From Candidatus Binataceae bacterium (GTDB lineage: Bacteria > Desulfobacterota > Binatia > Binatales > Binataceae): a stretch of DNA of 64,000 nt. The stretch spans positions 138,591 through 202,590 of the forward strand of contig DASRHP010000010.1 in NCBI GenBank assembly GCA_035650475.1, written 5' to 3'. A program made the position numbers and the translations under genes. Shown here piece after piece: positions 18,082-26,913 of the stretch. Positions within the stretch are counted from its first letter, which is position 1. Each line of letters opens with the position of its first letter. Under the pieces are notes generated by a model, which saw nothing but the letters and a program-made list of their open reading frames with translations, did no database searches and had not been told where the DNA came from.

Positions 18082-18861
18082 CTAGTTGGCGTGCGACTGC
18101 GACTGGTAGTGTTTTGCAAACCCGTTCTGCGCGACGACTCCCGTATTGCTCGCCGGCACGATCTTCGTCGGGATCCGACCGTCGAGAAGAATGTACTGTT
18201 TGCCGTGGCGCGCGAGCTCCCGCCGCGCGACCATCTGCCCGATCAGCCTGCTCACCATCGGGCGCGAGCTGCCAATCATGTCAGCCAGCTCGCCATGGGT
18301 GAGCTCCGGGGTCAGAATAATCCCGCGCTTGTCCTGGACCCCGAAACGCTCGGCGAGGTCGCCCAGTACGGCTTCGAGGCGCCGGCGGAAGGACAGATTG
18401 AAGAGTGCCGCGTACCAGTAGGCGAGGGCTGACCAGCGGGTGTTAACCTGTTCGAAGAGCTTGAGCAAGGTCGCGTGATCGAGGCCGTGGAGGACCTTGA
18501 GCGCGCGCTCGCGGGTGAGCACGCCCACCGAGCAGCGGGTCAGCGCACGCGCCTCGAAGGCCTGGTTGCGGCGCCCTTTGACGTCGACGAAGTCAACGTG
18601 ACCGAGCAAATCCCCGGGCCCGGCGAGCCGCACGAGTCGGCGTTGTCCTTCAGGCGTCACGAAGCAGAGCTTGGCGATGCCGGTAAAGATCCAGAACATC
18701 AGGTCGGCGGGCGAACTTTGCTCAAAGATCACCGCCTCCTTTGGATAGAGGATCGAAGTGTGGTGGTCGAAAAGTTCCTCGAGCAGCTCCGGCGGCAGCG
18801 AGTCAGCGAGCTGCGTTTGCAGGCGGCGATGGGTTTCTTCCGAAAGCCGGTAGGAGAACAT
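18082..18861 (-). CDS. Crp/Fnr-family transcriptional regulator (cNMP-binding domain + C-terminal HTH); no N-terminal Cys cluster
   Basis: 259 aa. The beta-barrel effector domain reads YPKEAVIFEQSSPADLMFWIFTGIAKL....RRLVRLAGPGDLLG. The C-terminal HTH reads LTHGELADMIGSSRPMVSRLIGQM. Confidence 0.85.
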   Translation of the reverse strand: MFSYRLSEETHRRLQTQLADSLPPELLEELFDHHTSILYPKEAVIFEQSSPADLMFWIFTGIAKLCFVTPEGQRRLVRLAGPGDLLGHVDFVDVKGRRNQAFEARALTRCSVGVLTRERALKVLHGLDHATLLKLFEQVNTRWSALAYWYAALFNLSFRRRLEAVLGDLAERFGVQDKRGIILTPELTHGELADMIGSSRPMVSRLIGQMVARRELARHGKQYILLDGRIPTKIVPASNTGVVAQNGFAKHYQSQSHAN

Positions 18862-19641
18862 TGCGCCTTTACCCCCTAAAAACCGTTGGGGCCGGCTCCC
18901 GCGCTTCCCCTCCTGCCAGCTGCGAGATACGACCGTAAGCAGAATGTAACGTCTGCCCTTTGATGAAGATAGAGAAAAATTGAGGCCTAAGAGTTATTTC
19001 AGGCGGAATTTTGAAGTGCGTGCGGTGAATTAAAACCGCGTGCGCTTGACGCTCTTCTGGTTCGCCCTGTGAGTTAGGCGAAGATCCTCTCCGGAAATAA
19101 TCGAGACCGGAAATTTTTTAGGTTCTGCTGAAATTTGTTCATTTGCGACTAAGGGAAACAAAACCTGACAACAAGACACTTGATCGAGAGACTTCCGATC
19201 GCTGACGAGCTTCGCTTGTTCACGTTTTTCTTTTTCGTGACACCTGTCGCGCACTTCGTCAGGGTGCCCACGTTCTTCCTGCACGAGAGATCGCCGCGGC
19301 ATTTTGCGGCTTCCGAACGATCGCCGACTTGATCAGTTTGCCTCCTCTGCGGCAACATCCAGCGCATCGAGGTTGGGGGGAGCCCTCGCAATACCTGTGA
19401 AGTTCCTGTTCCGCCTGAGTCCGCAACCTTCGTAGAGTCTCCCCTTAAGACCAACTGGCGTAGTGCTCCTTGGGAGGCGGCGCGATGCGCGCCGAAACCG
19501 GGGATGGTGAGGTGCGGTGGGGGCCTCGACTACGTTCTTCGCAAGCTCAGTTTGTGCGGCCCACCAGACAATTGACGCGTGTCAGTGTGCGCCGGGCTTG
19601 TCGCGACAGAGCGGTGTGGTGCGGCGCGGGAGGGAAGAACC
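18862..19641. promoter_or_regulatory. Unusually long (about 780 nt), A+T-richer divergent intergenic region between the Crp/Fnr operon and the giant fusion gene
   Basis: No convincing ORF. Composition is clearly less G+C-rich than the flanks, especially 18940-19330. It must contain the promoters of both divergent units. I could assign no individual -35/-10 or operator with confidence. Confidence 0.4.
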
Positions 19642-22600
19642 ATGCGAACGCGAGGCGCCCAAGTGTGTGGGCTAGCGGCCGCGATGGCCGCGCTGGTGTG
19701 GCTGGCCGCATTCGCCGATGCGGCGACGAGCTCGGCTGTCAGCATAACGTCGCCGAGCGACGGGGCGACGGTCTCGGGCACAGTCACAATCACGCTGGCC
19801 CAAGGGCCGCACGTGAAAACCGTCAACGTGTATATCGATAACGTCGAGCTGGCGACCGCACCGCCCGACACCATTTCGTGGAACACCGTCACCGTCGCCA
19901 ACGGTTCGCATACGATAGTTGCCAAGGCATATTCGGCTAAAGGCAACCTGCAGGGCACGGACTCGGTGACAGTGTCGGTTGCCAACCCGACGACTGCGAC
20001 GCCCGCGCCGCCGCCGGCGACGCCGGTTGCAACGCCGTCATCCACGCCCGCGGCGACCGCCACGCCGATCGCAACTGCGTCGCCGACTCCCGCACCCACG
20101 CCTGCGCCGGGCGCGCACGCCTACTACGTGGATCCCGCCGGCAACGACACCAACTCGGGCACCAGTCCGACCACTCCCTGGCGCACGGTTGCGCGCGTGA
20201 ACGCCGCCAGCCTGCAGCCCGGCGACGTGGTTTATTTCAAGGCCGGCGGGCTGTGGCGGGAAACTCTTGCACCGGCCAATGGCGGCGCGGCGGGCTACCC
20301 GATCACGTTTACTTCCTACGGCAGCGGGGCCAAGCCGATAATCAGCGGCAGCGACGTAGTCAGCGGATGGACGCTGAACAGCGGCTCGACCTATCGGGCG
20401 GCGTTGGCCGTCCAGCCCAACAACGTCTACGTCGACGGCGGTCCTGGATGGGGCCTCACGCGCGCCGGATCGGTCTCCGCGATGACCGCCGGAAGCTGGT
20501 TCTGGAGCGCCTCGGTGCTCTACGTGCGGCTCGCCGACGGCTCCAACCCGTCCACCCATCTGATCGAGGCGGCGACCCGCGTGTACGGCTTCAGGGTCAA
20601 TACCGGCGCCGGCTCAAGCTTCAGCTACATCACCATCGACGGGCTCGAGTTTGAGCGCACTGGCGGCTACGGAATTTACTTCCACGACTACGCGACGCCC
20701 GGCCATGCCGGCCTCGCGGGCATCGTGATCAGCAACAACACCGTGACCCAGACCGGCACCGGCACGGTGGATGGCGGACAGTACTACAACGCGGTGCATT
20801 TCCTCGACGAGACGCACTCGACCGACAGCGTCAGGATTCTCAACAACGTCATCAGCTACTGCGGCGGGCACAACTGCCTCGAGGCGCAGGACGCCAACAA
20901 CGTCGACATCGTGGGCAATGACGTCTCCCACTACAATCACAACGGAATCGACACCAAGGGCGGCTCGGGAATCCTCGTCCGCGCCAACTACGTCCACGAC
21001 CAGCCGAGCATCGGCGCCGCCTTCTATATCGAGGACACCACCAGCTACAACGCCGACGTGACCTGGGAGCAGAACACCGTCTACAACGCCTCCAACGGGT
21101 TCCAGTGCGCGGGCGGCGCGGCCGCCGCTCATGTCAGCTGCACCCTGTACAACAACAGCATGCTGAACGCTGCGACCGGGATCTTCCTCGGGCCCTCGGG
21201 CACCGACGCGGTCTCGATCAACGTCAAGAACAACGTCACTTTCGGCAGCAGCATCAGCTTCGAGAATGACGACGGCAAGGGAACCTATTCGATCGACTAC
21301 AACGATTGGGGGTCGAACCCGCGCCTGATGCTGGGCGGCACGAGCTACAGCTTCAGCCAGTGGCAGGCGCTGGGCGGCCACTCGCACGACATCGCGGCCG
21401 ACCCGCTGTGGGTGGACGCGCCCGCCAACTTCAGCCTGCAATCGACCTCGCCCTGTATCAACGCCGGCGTCAACGTGGGACTGCCGTACAGCGGAAGCGC
21501 GCCCGACATGGGTGCGGTCGAATGGCAGGCGGGCGGGGCGACCCCGACGCCCACAGCGACGGCGCCGAGCGCAACTGCAACGCCGACCACGACGCCTGCG
21601 CCGACGCCGACGCCTGCCGCCGCGGTGAGCATCACGACCCCAGCCGCGGGCGCGACCGTCTCGGGCACCACCAGCATCGCAACGGTGGTGAGCCCGCAGG
21701 TCAGCTGGATTAACGTTTTTATCGACAGCACCTACCTGGCCTCTTCGCCGCCGTATACCTTCGCATGGAACACCACCGCCAGCACCAACGGCAGCCATAT
21801 CGTGATGGCGCAGGCGAAGAACTCCAGCGGCACCGTGATCGGCACCGATTCGATCAGCGTCACCGTCCAGAACGGTGCGGCGACGCCGACTCCGGCGGCG
21901 ACTCCGACGCCGAGCCCGCTGGCGACCGCTACCCCGGCGCCGCGCGCCTTCAGCCACGTCTTCGTCGTGGTCGAGGAGAACCACGGCTACACCGACGTGG
22001 TCGGCAATACGGCCTCGATGCCGTACCTCAACTCGCTCATCGCCAAATACGGGCTCGCCACCCGGTACTACGCGAATACGCATCCGTCGCTGCCCAACTA
22101 CCTGTGGCTGACCACCGGCAGCGCCGACGGGATCACCGCCGACGTCTGCGGGGTGACCGTCACCGCTGACAACGTGGTGCGCGAGCTCAACGCGGCCGGG
22201 CTATCCTGGAAAGCGTACGAGGAGAGCCTGCCCTCGCCAGGTTACCTCGGATGCAGCTCTGGCGAGTACGTGGAGAAGCACGATCCTTTCGCGTACTTCA
22301 GCGACGTGATCAACAGCAGCGCGCAGCAGCAGAACATCGTGCCGTTCAGCCAGTTCGCGGTTGACCTGGCCAACAACACCCTGCCGCGCTACAGCTTCAT
22401 CACGCCCAACCTGCTCGACGACGCGCACGACGGCACCTTGGAGCAGGCCGACGTCTGGCTCCAGACCAACATCGCGCCGCTGCTGAGCACCCCGCTTTTC
22501 CAGCCGGGCGGCAGCGGACTGTTGATCATCGTTTTCGACGAGGGAACCGACAACACCAACGGCGGTGGACAGGTAGCCTGGGTCGTCGTCAGCCCGCTGG

Positions 22601-22734
22601 CCAAGGCCGGCTACCGCTCCACCACCTTCTACCAGCATCAGAGCACGCTGCGTCTGATGCTGGAGGGATTGGGGGTGACCAGGCTGCCGGGCGCAGCAGC
22701 CACCGCGCCCGACATGTGGGAGTTCTTCAACTAG
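19642..22734 (+). CDS. Secreted fusion protein: signal peptide, Ig-like domain, PT linker, right-handed beta-helix domain, PT linker, Ig-like domain, PT linker, phosphoesterase-family (acid-phosphatase/PLC-like) domain
   Basis: Start taken at ATG 19642 (GGGAGGGAAG just upstream; MRTRGAQVCGLAAAMAALVWLAAFADA signal). The Ig-like domains and the beta-helix are paralogous to those of the 14450..17650 and 11511..12968 proteins. The C-terminal FSHVFVVVEENHGYTDVVGN..HPSLPNYLWLTTGS..LLDDAHDG is a phosphoesterase-family pattern. Confidence 0.8.
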   Translation: MRTRGAQVCGLAAAMAALVWLAAFADAATSSAVSITSPSDGATVSGTVTITLAQGPHVKTVNVYIDNVELATAPPDTISWNTVTVANGSHTIVAKAYSAKGNLQGTDSVTVSVANPTTATPAPPPATPVATPSSTPAATATPIATASPTPAPTPAPGAHAYYVDPAGNDTNSGTSPTTPWRTVARVNAASLQPGDVVYFKAGGLWRETLAPANGGAAGYPITFTSYGSGAKPIISGSDVVSGWTLNSGSTYRAALAVQPNNVYVDGGPGWGLTRAGSVSAMTAGSWFWSASVLYVRLADGSNPSTHLIEAATRVYGFRVNTGAGSSFSYITIDGLEFERTGGYGIYFHDYATPGHAGLAGIVISNNTVTQTGTGTVDGGQYYNAVHFLDETHSTDSVRILNNVISYCGGHNCLEAQDANNVDIVGNDVSHYNHNGIDTKGGSGILVRANYVHDQPSIGAAFYIEDTTSYNADVTWEQNTVYNASNGFQCAGGAAAAHVSCTLYNNSMLNAATGIFLGPSGTDAVSINVKNNVTFGSSISFENDDGKGTYSIDYNDWGSNPRLMLGGTSYSFSQWQALGGHSHDIAADPLWVDAPANFSLQSTSPCINAGVNVGLPYSGSAPDMGAVEWQAGGATPTPTATAPSATATPTTTPAPTPTPAAAVSITTPAAGATVSGTTSIATVVSPQVSWINVFIDSTYLASSPPYTFAWNTTASTNGSHIVMAQAKNSSGTVIGTDSISVTVQNGAATPTPAATPTPSPLATATPAPRAFSHVFVVVEENHGYTDVVGNTASMPYLNSLIAKYGLATRYYANTHPSLPNYLWLTTGSADGITADVCGVTVTADNVVRELNAAGLSWKAYEESLPSPGYLGCSSGEYVEKHDPFAYFSDVINSSAQQQNIVPFSQFAVDLANNTLPRYSFITPNLLDDAHDGTLEQADVWLQTNIAPLLSTPLFQPGGSGLLIIVFDEGTDNTNGGGQVAWVVVSPLAKAGYRSTTFYQHQSTLRLMLEGLGVTRLPGAAATAPDMWEFFN
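19984..20109 (+). repeat. Pro/Thr/Ala linker-coding low-complexity repeat in the 19642..22734 gene
   Basis: Encodes [42 protein letters not shown]. Similar shorter linkers lie at about 21541-21618 and 21880-21945. Confidence 0.85.
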
Positions 22735-22948
22735 GCGCAAGCGGGGAGGCGGCCCGGCGCACTCTCGGCAGGCCACGGGTGGAACTTCGTGGTGGTGCGG
22801 AGGGGGCCCACCGGGGGGCCGATGGTGGGGCGCAGGGTTGGATGCGCCGCGGCTCGCCTCTCCGCCCGCAATTGGATTCTCGCTGCATGGCCCGCCGCCA
22901 CCACCTCGCCCGTGGTCGCGGCGGGCCAGGGATGCTGCTGAAGGGCCG

Positions 22949-23956
22949 TCAGTCCGCGAGCAGCTCGCGCAGCGCGCTGTCGATCGCCGGGATGTCCTGC
23001 GGGTTCATCGGAGCCATGTGGCCCCAGATCGAAGCGATAACGCGGCATTCGGCGCCCGCGATATGCCGCGCCTCGTATTCACTGTCCGCGGGCGGGAAGT
23101 AGCGGTCGTTGTCCACCGGCAGCACGATCGTGCGCGCCCGGATCGCGCCGAGCGCGGCTTCGAAGTCGCCGCCGTAGAGCGGATTGTCGCTGATATCGGC
23201 GTGCTCCCAGGTCCAGAGCTGGGAGAGCAAATTGTTCGCGTCGCATCGCAGAAAGAACGGTTCCCAGAACGACCACACGTGCTCGGCCCAGTCGCGCGCG
23301 CCAAGCACCCGATATGCCTCCGTGCGATAGAACGCCGCCGACGTTCCCCATCCGGCGTAAATCGCGGCGAAAGCCTTCAGGCCATTGACCGGCGGCCGCT
23401 CGTAAAAGCCGTCCGCAAATCCCGGGTCCAGCTCCAGCGCGCGGCGCAGCGAGAGCAGGAAGACCTTGTTGTAGGCGGCGGTGCGGGCCGAGCCCGCGAT
23501 CGGGCAGGCGGCGCGCACCATGTCGGGGAACTGGGCCGCCCACTGGAAGGTCTGGCAGGCGCCCATCGACCATCCGGTCACCAAATGCAGGCGCGCGATG
23601 CCGAGCTTCCGGGTGACCAGCAGGTGCTGCAAGCGCACGTTGTCGAAGATGCTGACCTTGGGAAAGCGGCCGCGCTCGCTCGGCGCCGGCGCGTTGCTCG
23701 GCGAGGACGACAGGCCGTTGCCGAGCAGGTTTGGCATCACGATGAAGTACTTGCGTGGATCGAGCGCGCGCCCCTCGCCGACCATGAAGCTCTGGATGTC
23801 GGTGTGAGTACCGGTGTACCAGGTCGGCACCAGCACCGCGTTGTCGCGCGCCGAATTCAAGGTGCCCAGGGTCTTGTAGGCGAGCCGGGCCGTCGGGAGC
23901 ATCCCGCCCTTTTGCAGGAGAAGGTTCGGAACTTCGAGGACGTCGTAGTCGGTCAT
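22949..23956 (-). CDS. Homoserine O-acetyltransferase-family alpha/beta hydrolase (MetX-like)
   Basis: Start taken at ATG 23956 (MTDYDVLEVPNLLLQKGGMLPTARLAYKTLGTLN..NAVLVPTWYTGTH). The nucleophile elbow is TGWSMGACQ. The longer ORF to 24412 is an Arg-rich extension that overlaps the upstream gene. Confidence 0.75.
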   Translation of the reverse strand: MTDYDVLEVPNLLLQKGGMLPTARLAYKTLGTLNSARDNAVLVPTWYTGTHTDIQSFMVGEGRALDPRKYFIVMPNLLGNGLSSSPSNAPAPSERGRFPKVSIFDNVRLQHLLVTRKLGIARLHLVTGWSMGACQTFQWAAQFPDMVRAACPIAGSARTAAYNKVFLLSLRRALELDPGFADGFYERPPVNGLKAFAAIYAGWGTSAAFYRTEAYRVLGARDWAEHVWSFWEPFFLRCDANNLLSQLWTWEHADISDNPLYGGDFEAALGAIRARTIVLPVDNDRYFPPADSEYEARHIAGAECRVIASIWGHMAPMNPQDIPAIDSALRELLAD

Positions 23957-25077
23957 GGCCTTGACCGGTTGCCGATCGTTCCGAGCTGGCGGAGCAGCGG
24001 CATGATCTCGCGCGCGAAGCGCAGGGTGTCTTCGTAGTACGACAGGAACACCATCAGCACGCCGTCGATTCCGCAGCGGTAAAGCCGGTCGAGCTTTTCC
24101 GCCACCTGCTCGCGGGTGCCGAAGATCGGCAGCGCGCCGGCGCCCAGCGCGAACATTTCGAGAGTAAAGTCGTCGAACGATCCGCTCTGCGGAAGCAGGC
24201 CGCGCGCCCAGTTCTCCGCCGCCTCGCGATCCATGTGGTCGACGATGCGGCGGCGCTCGGCCTCGGCCTCGCGCTCGGTCTCGCGCCACACCACCAGCGG
24301 ATAGTTGGCGCACTTGACCGAACGGCCGTAGTGGCCGGCGCGCGCGCGGATATCCGCAGTCACCTGCGCGGTCGCTTCCAGCGAGGGCAGCGCGATGAAG
24401 GCCCAGTCGCACAGCCGGGCCACCATCTCGCGCGCCTCATCCGACACGCCGGCGTTGGCGATCGGCGGATGCGGCTTGCGCGTCGGCTGCGGCATCACCG
24501 ACCCGCCGCGGATGCGGTACCACTTTGACTCGTGTTCGAACGTTCCGGGCTCGCAGGTCCACAGCCCCTTGACGATTTCGATGTAGGCCTCGGTACGCTG
24601 GTAGCGCTCGGCATGCGGGAGCACCTCGATTCCCATCATCCCAAACTCCCGCTCGCTCCATCCGCTGACCACGTTGAGGCCCCAGCGTCCGTTGCCGATA
24701 TGGTCGAGCGTCGCCCCCATCTTGGCCGCGACCAGCGGGTGAAAGATCGGCACATGGACGGTGGAGAAGACGTTGATGCGCCGGGTGATGGCGAGCAGCG
24801 CCCCGGCCCAGGTCATCGTTTCCAGCGAGATGCCGAGGAAGTCGGTTTTGCCGCCGTAGCCTTTCCATTTGGCGACTGGAAAGAGGAACTCGAAGCCGGC
24901 GACCTCGGCCGCCCGCGCGATTTGCGCGTTCGATTCGTAGGTCCAATCATCGGGCACCGGCTTGTAGGTGCTGATCGAATAGGCGTTGCTGCAGTTGGGC
25001 ATGAAGAGGCCGAGCGCGAGCGGCGCGCGCGCCTCCTCCTCTGGTGCGCTGCGTTTTGTAACTGGTGAATGCGCCAC
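23953..25077 (-). CDS. LLM-class (luciferase-like) flavin-dependent oxidoreductase, RutA-like subgroup
   Basis: LALGLFMPNCSNAYSISTYKP...FLFPVAKWKGYGG..., a typical LLM N-terminus. Start proposed at GTG 25077 (GGAG 8 nt upstream); ATG 25122 is the alternative. The stop overlaps the MetX-like start (ATGA at 23953-23956). Confidence 0.8.
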   Translation of the reverse strand: MAHSPVTKRSAPEEEARAPLALGLFMPNCSNAYSISTYKPVPDDWTYESNAQIARAAEVAGFEFLFPVAKWKGYGGKTDFLGISLETMTWAGALLAITRRINVFSTVHVPIFHPLVAAKMGATLDHIGNGRWGLNVVSGWSEREFGMMGIEVLPHAERYQRTEAYIEIVKGLWTCEPGTFEHESKWYRIRGGSVMPQPTRKPHPPIANAGVSDEAREMVARLCDWAFIALPSLEATAQVTADIRARAGHYGRSVKCANYPLVVWRETEREAEAERRRIVDHMDREAAENWARGLLPQSGSFDDFTLEMFALGAGALPIFGTREQVAEKLDRLYRCGIDGVLMVFLSYYEDTLRFAREIMPLLRQLGTIGNRSRP

Positions 25078-25197
25078 CCGGATATCTCCGCTGGACCGAA
25101 TTCCCGGGCCTGATCTGGCCATTGCGCCGGATTCGACGCAAGGGCCGCGTGTGGGTCCTTCCGCCGCGGCGCGCCCAGCGGCGCCGCCGGCGCCGGG

Positions 25198-26913
25198 TCA
25201 CGCGCTGCGGCGATTGCGGCGCAGCGCGGCCAACGGCTGCGTATTGAGCACGTCCACCGCCTCGACCCATCCGCGGCGCGCCTGCGCCACGCCAAATTCG
25301 AGCAGGCCGAAGCCGCTGGTGTGATGGGAGTCGCTGGAGATGACGAGCCTGACGCCAGCCTGACACGCCGCGCGGCACGCGGTGTCGGTCAGATCGAGCC
25401 GCTCGGGCTGTGAATTGACCTCCAGCGCGCATCCCTCCTCGCGCGCCACCTTCATCACCTCGCCCATCTCAAAGTTGCTCGCCGCGCGCTCGTGGAGCAG
25501 GCGGTTGCTCGGGTGGCCGACGACATCGACGTGCGGGTTGCGGAGCGCCTTGACAAGCCGGCGGGTCATCTCGCGCGCTGGCTGGTTGAGCTTGAAGTGC
25601 ACTGAGGCGACCACCCAGTCGAGCTCGGCCAGCGCGTCGTCGGGCAGGTCGAGGCTGCCGTCGTCGAGGATGTCGACCTCGATGCCATGGAGAACGGCGA
25701 TGCCGTGAACGGCGGCGCGCACGCGCTCGAGTTCGCGCGCCTGCTGGCGCAAGCGCTGCGGGTCAAGCCCGTGCACCATCGTCAGATGGCGCGAGTGGTC
25801 GGTCAGCGCCAGATATTCGAGCCCGGCGCGCTTGGCCGCCCGCACCATCTCCTCGACCGAGGAGCGGCCGTCGGTCCAGGTCGAATGAGTATGCAGATCG
25901 CCGCGCAGGTCGGCGCGCTCGATGAGCTTGGGCAGGCGGCCGTTCTCTGCGGCTTCGATCTCGCCGCGGTCTTCGCGCAGCTCAGGCGGAATCCACGGCA
26001 GTCCTAGGGCACGATAGATGCCCTGCTCGTCTTTGCCCGCGATCGGCTTGTCGCCGCGGAACAGACCGTATTCGTTGAGCAGCATCCCGCGCGCCTGCGC
26101 GATACGCCGCAGATGGACATTGTGCGCCTTCGAGCCGGTGAAGTAGGCGAGCGCGGCGCCGTAACTGGCGAGCGAGACCACCCGCAGGTCAACCTGGAGG
26201 CCGCCCCTGAGCACGACCGTGCTCTTGGTTTCGCCGCTGCCCAAGGTGCGCGCGATCCGGTCGAATTTAAGAAAGTGCGCGGTCACCCGCGCGGGCTCGG
26301 CCGAAGCGGCGAGCACGTCGAGGTCGCCGATCGTTTCGCACTTGCGGCGGAAGCTGCCGGCCACCTCGGCCTTTTCCACCGCGGGTGACTTTCTCAAATG
26401 CTCTTCGAGCGCGGCGGCGATTCCAGCCGCGTCCCGATAGAGCATCCGCTTGGGGGCCTCCGCTTCACCCGCCGATAGCGCGCGCAGGATCTGCTGTTCC
26501 ATCTTGGGGCCGAAGCCGCGAATGCCCTTGAGCTGCCCCGCCTTGACCGCCTTGAGCAGGCTAGCGCCGTCGCGCACTTTGAGCCGCTCGGCCAGAAGTT
26601 TGACCCGCTTGGGGCCGAGCCCCGGCACGTTGAGCAGTTCGAGCAGGCCGCTTGGAACCTTGGCGACCAGCTCGCGATGGAGGTCGAAGTCGCCGGTCTT
26701 GACCAGGGTGACGATTTTGCCGGCGAGGTCGGCCCCGATGCCAGGAATCTCCTGGAGCGCTTCGGCGTCGAGCTCTGCGACGGCCGTCGGATGGTCACGG
26801 ATGGCGCGAGCGGCGTTGCGGTACGCGCGGACGCGGAAGAAATTCTCGCCCTGGACCTCGAGCATCTCGGCCACCTCGTCGAGAACCTTTGCGACTTCCG
26901 CGTTCTGCATCAT
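25198..26913 (-). CDS. polX: DNA polymerase X family protein with C-terminal PHP phosphoesterase domain
   Basis: 571 aa. The N-terminal HhH / pol beta-like region reads NAEVAKVLDEVAEMLEVQGENFFRVRAYRNAARAI, IPGIGADLAGKI, GSFRRKCETIGDLDVL. The C-terminal PHP reads DLHTHSTWTDG...ALTDHS. Confidence 0.9.
   Translation of the reverse strand: MMQNAEVAKVLDEVAEMLEVQGENFFRVRAYRNAARAIRDHPTAVAELDAEALQEIPGIGADLAGKIVTLVKTGDFDLHRELVAKVPSGLLELLNVPGLGPKRVKLLAERLKVRDGASLLKAVKAGQLKGIRGFGPKMEQQILRALSAGEAEAPKRMLYRDAAGIAAALEEHLRKSPAVEKAEVAGSFRRKCETIGDLDVLAASAEPARVTAHFLKFDRIARTLGSGETKSTVVLRGGLQVDLRVVSLASYGAALAYFTGSKAHNVHLRRIAQARGMLLNEYGLFRGDKPIAGKDEQGIYRALGLPWIPPELREDRGEIEAAENGRLPKLIERADLRGDLHTHSTWTDGRSSVEEMVRAAKRAGLEYLALTDHSRHLTMVHGLDPQRLRQQARELERVRAAVHGIAVLHGIEVDILDDGSLDLPDDALAELDWVVASVHFKLNQPAREMTRRLVKALRNPHVDVVGHPSNRLLHERAASNFEMGEVMKVAREEGCALEVNSQPERLDLTDTACRAACQAGVRLVISSDSHHTSGFGLLEFGVAQARRGWVEAVDVLNTQPLAALRRNRRSA

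Noticed and set aside
19030-19454. Two overlapping minus-strand ORFs (90 and 101 aa) in the A+T-rich spacer
   Set aside because: Their codon usage (A/T-ending codons) is unlike every confident gene here. They overlap each other in different frames and show no motif or obvious Shine-Dalgarno. They are treated as non-coding, but the region is flagged in the findings.
20614-22083. 489-aa minus-strand ORF, plus many other 100-400-aa ORFs antisense to confident genes (for example 22838..24037, 43460..44572, 49201..50115, 51387..52646, 55255..56235)
   Set aside because: All overlap genes with clear family signatures on the other strand and have extreme Arg/Gly/Ala/Pro/His composition typical of mirror frames. 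None shows a domain motif.
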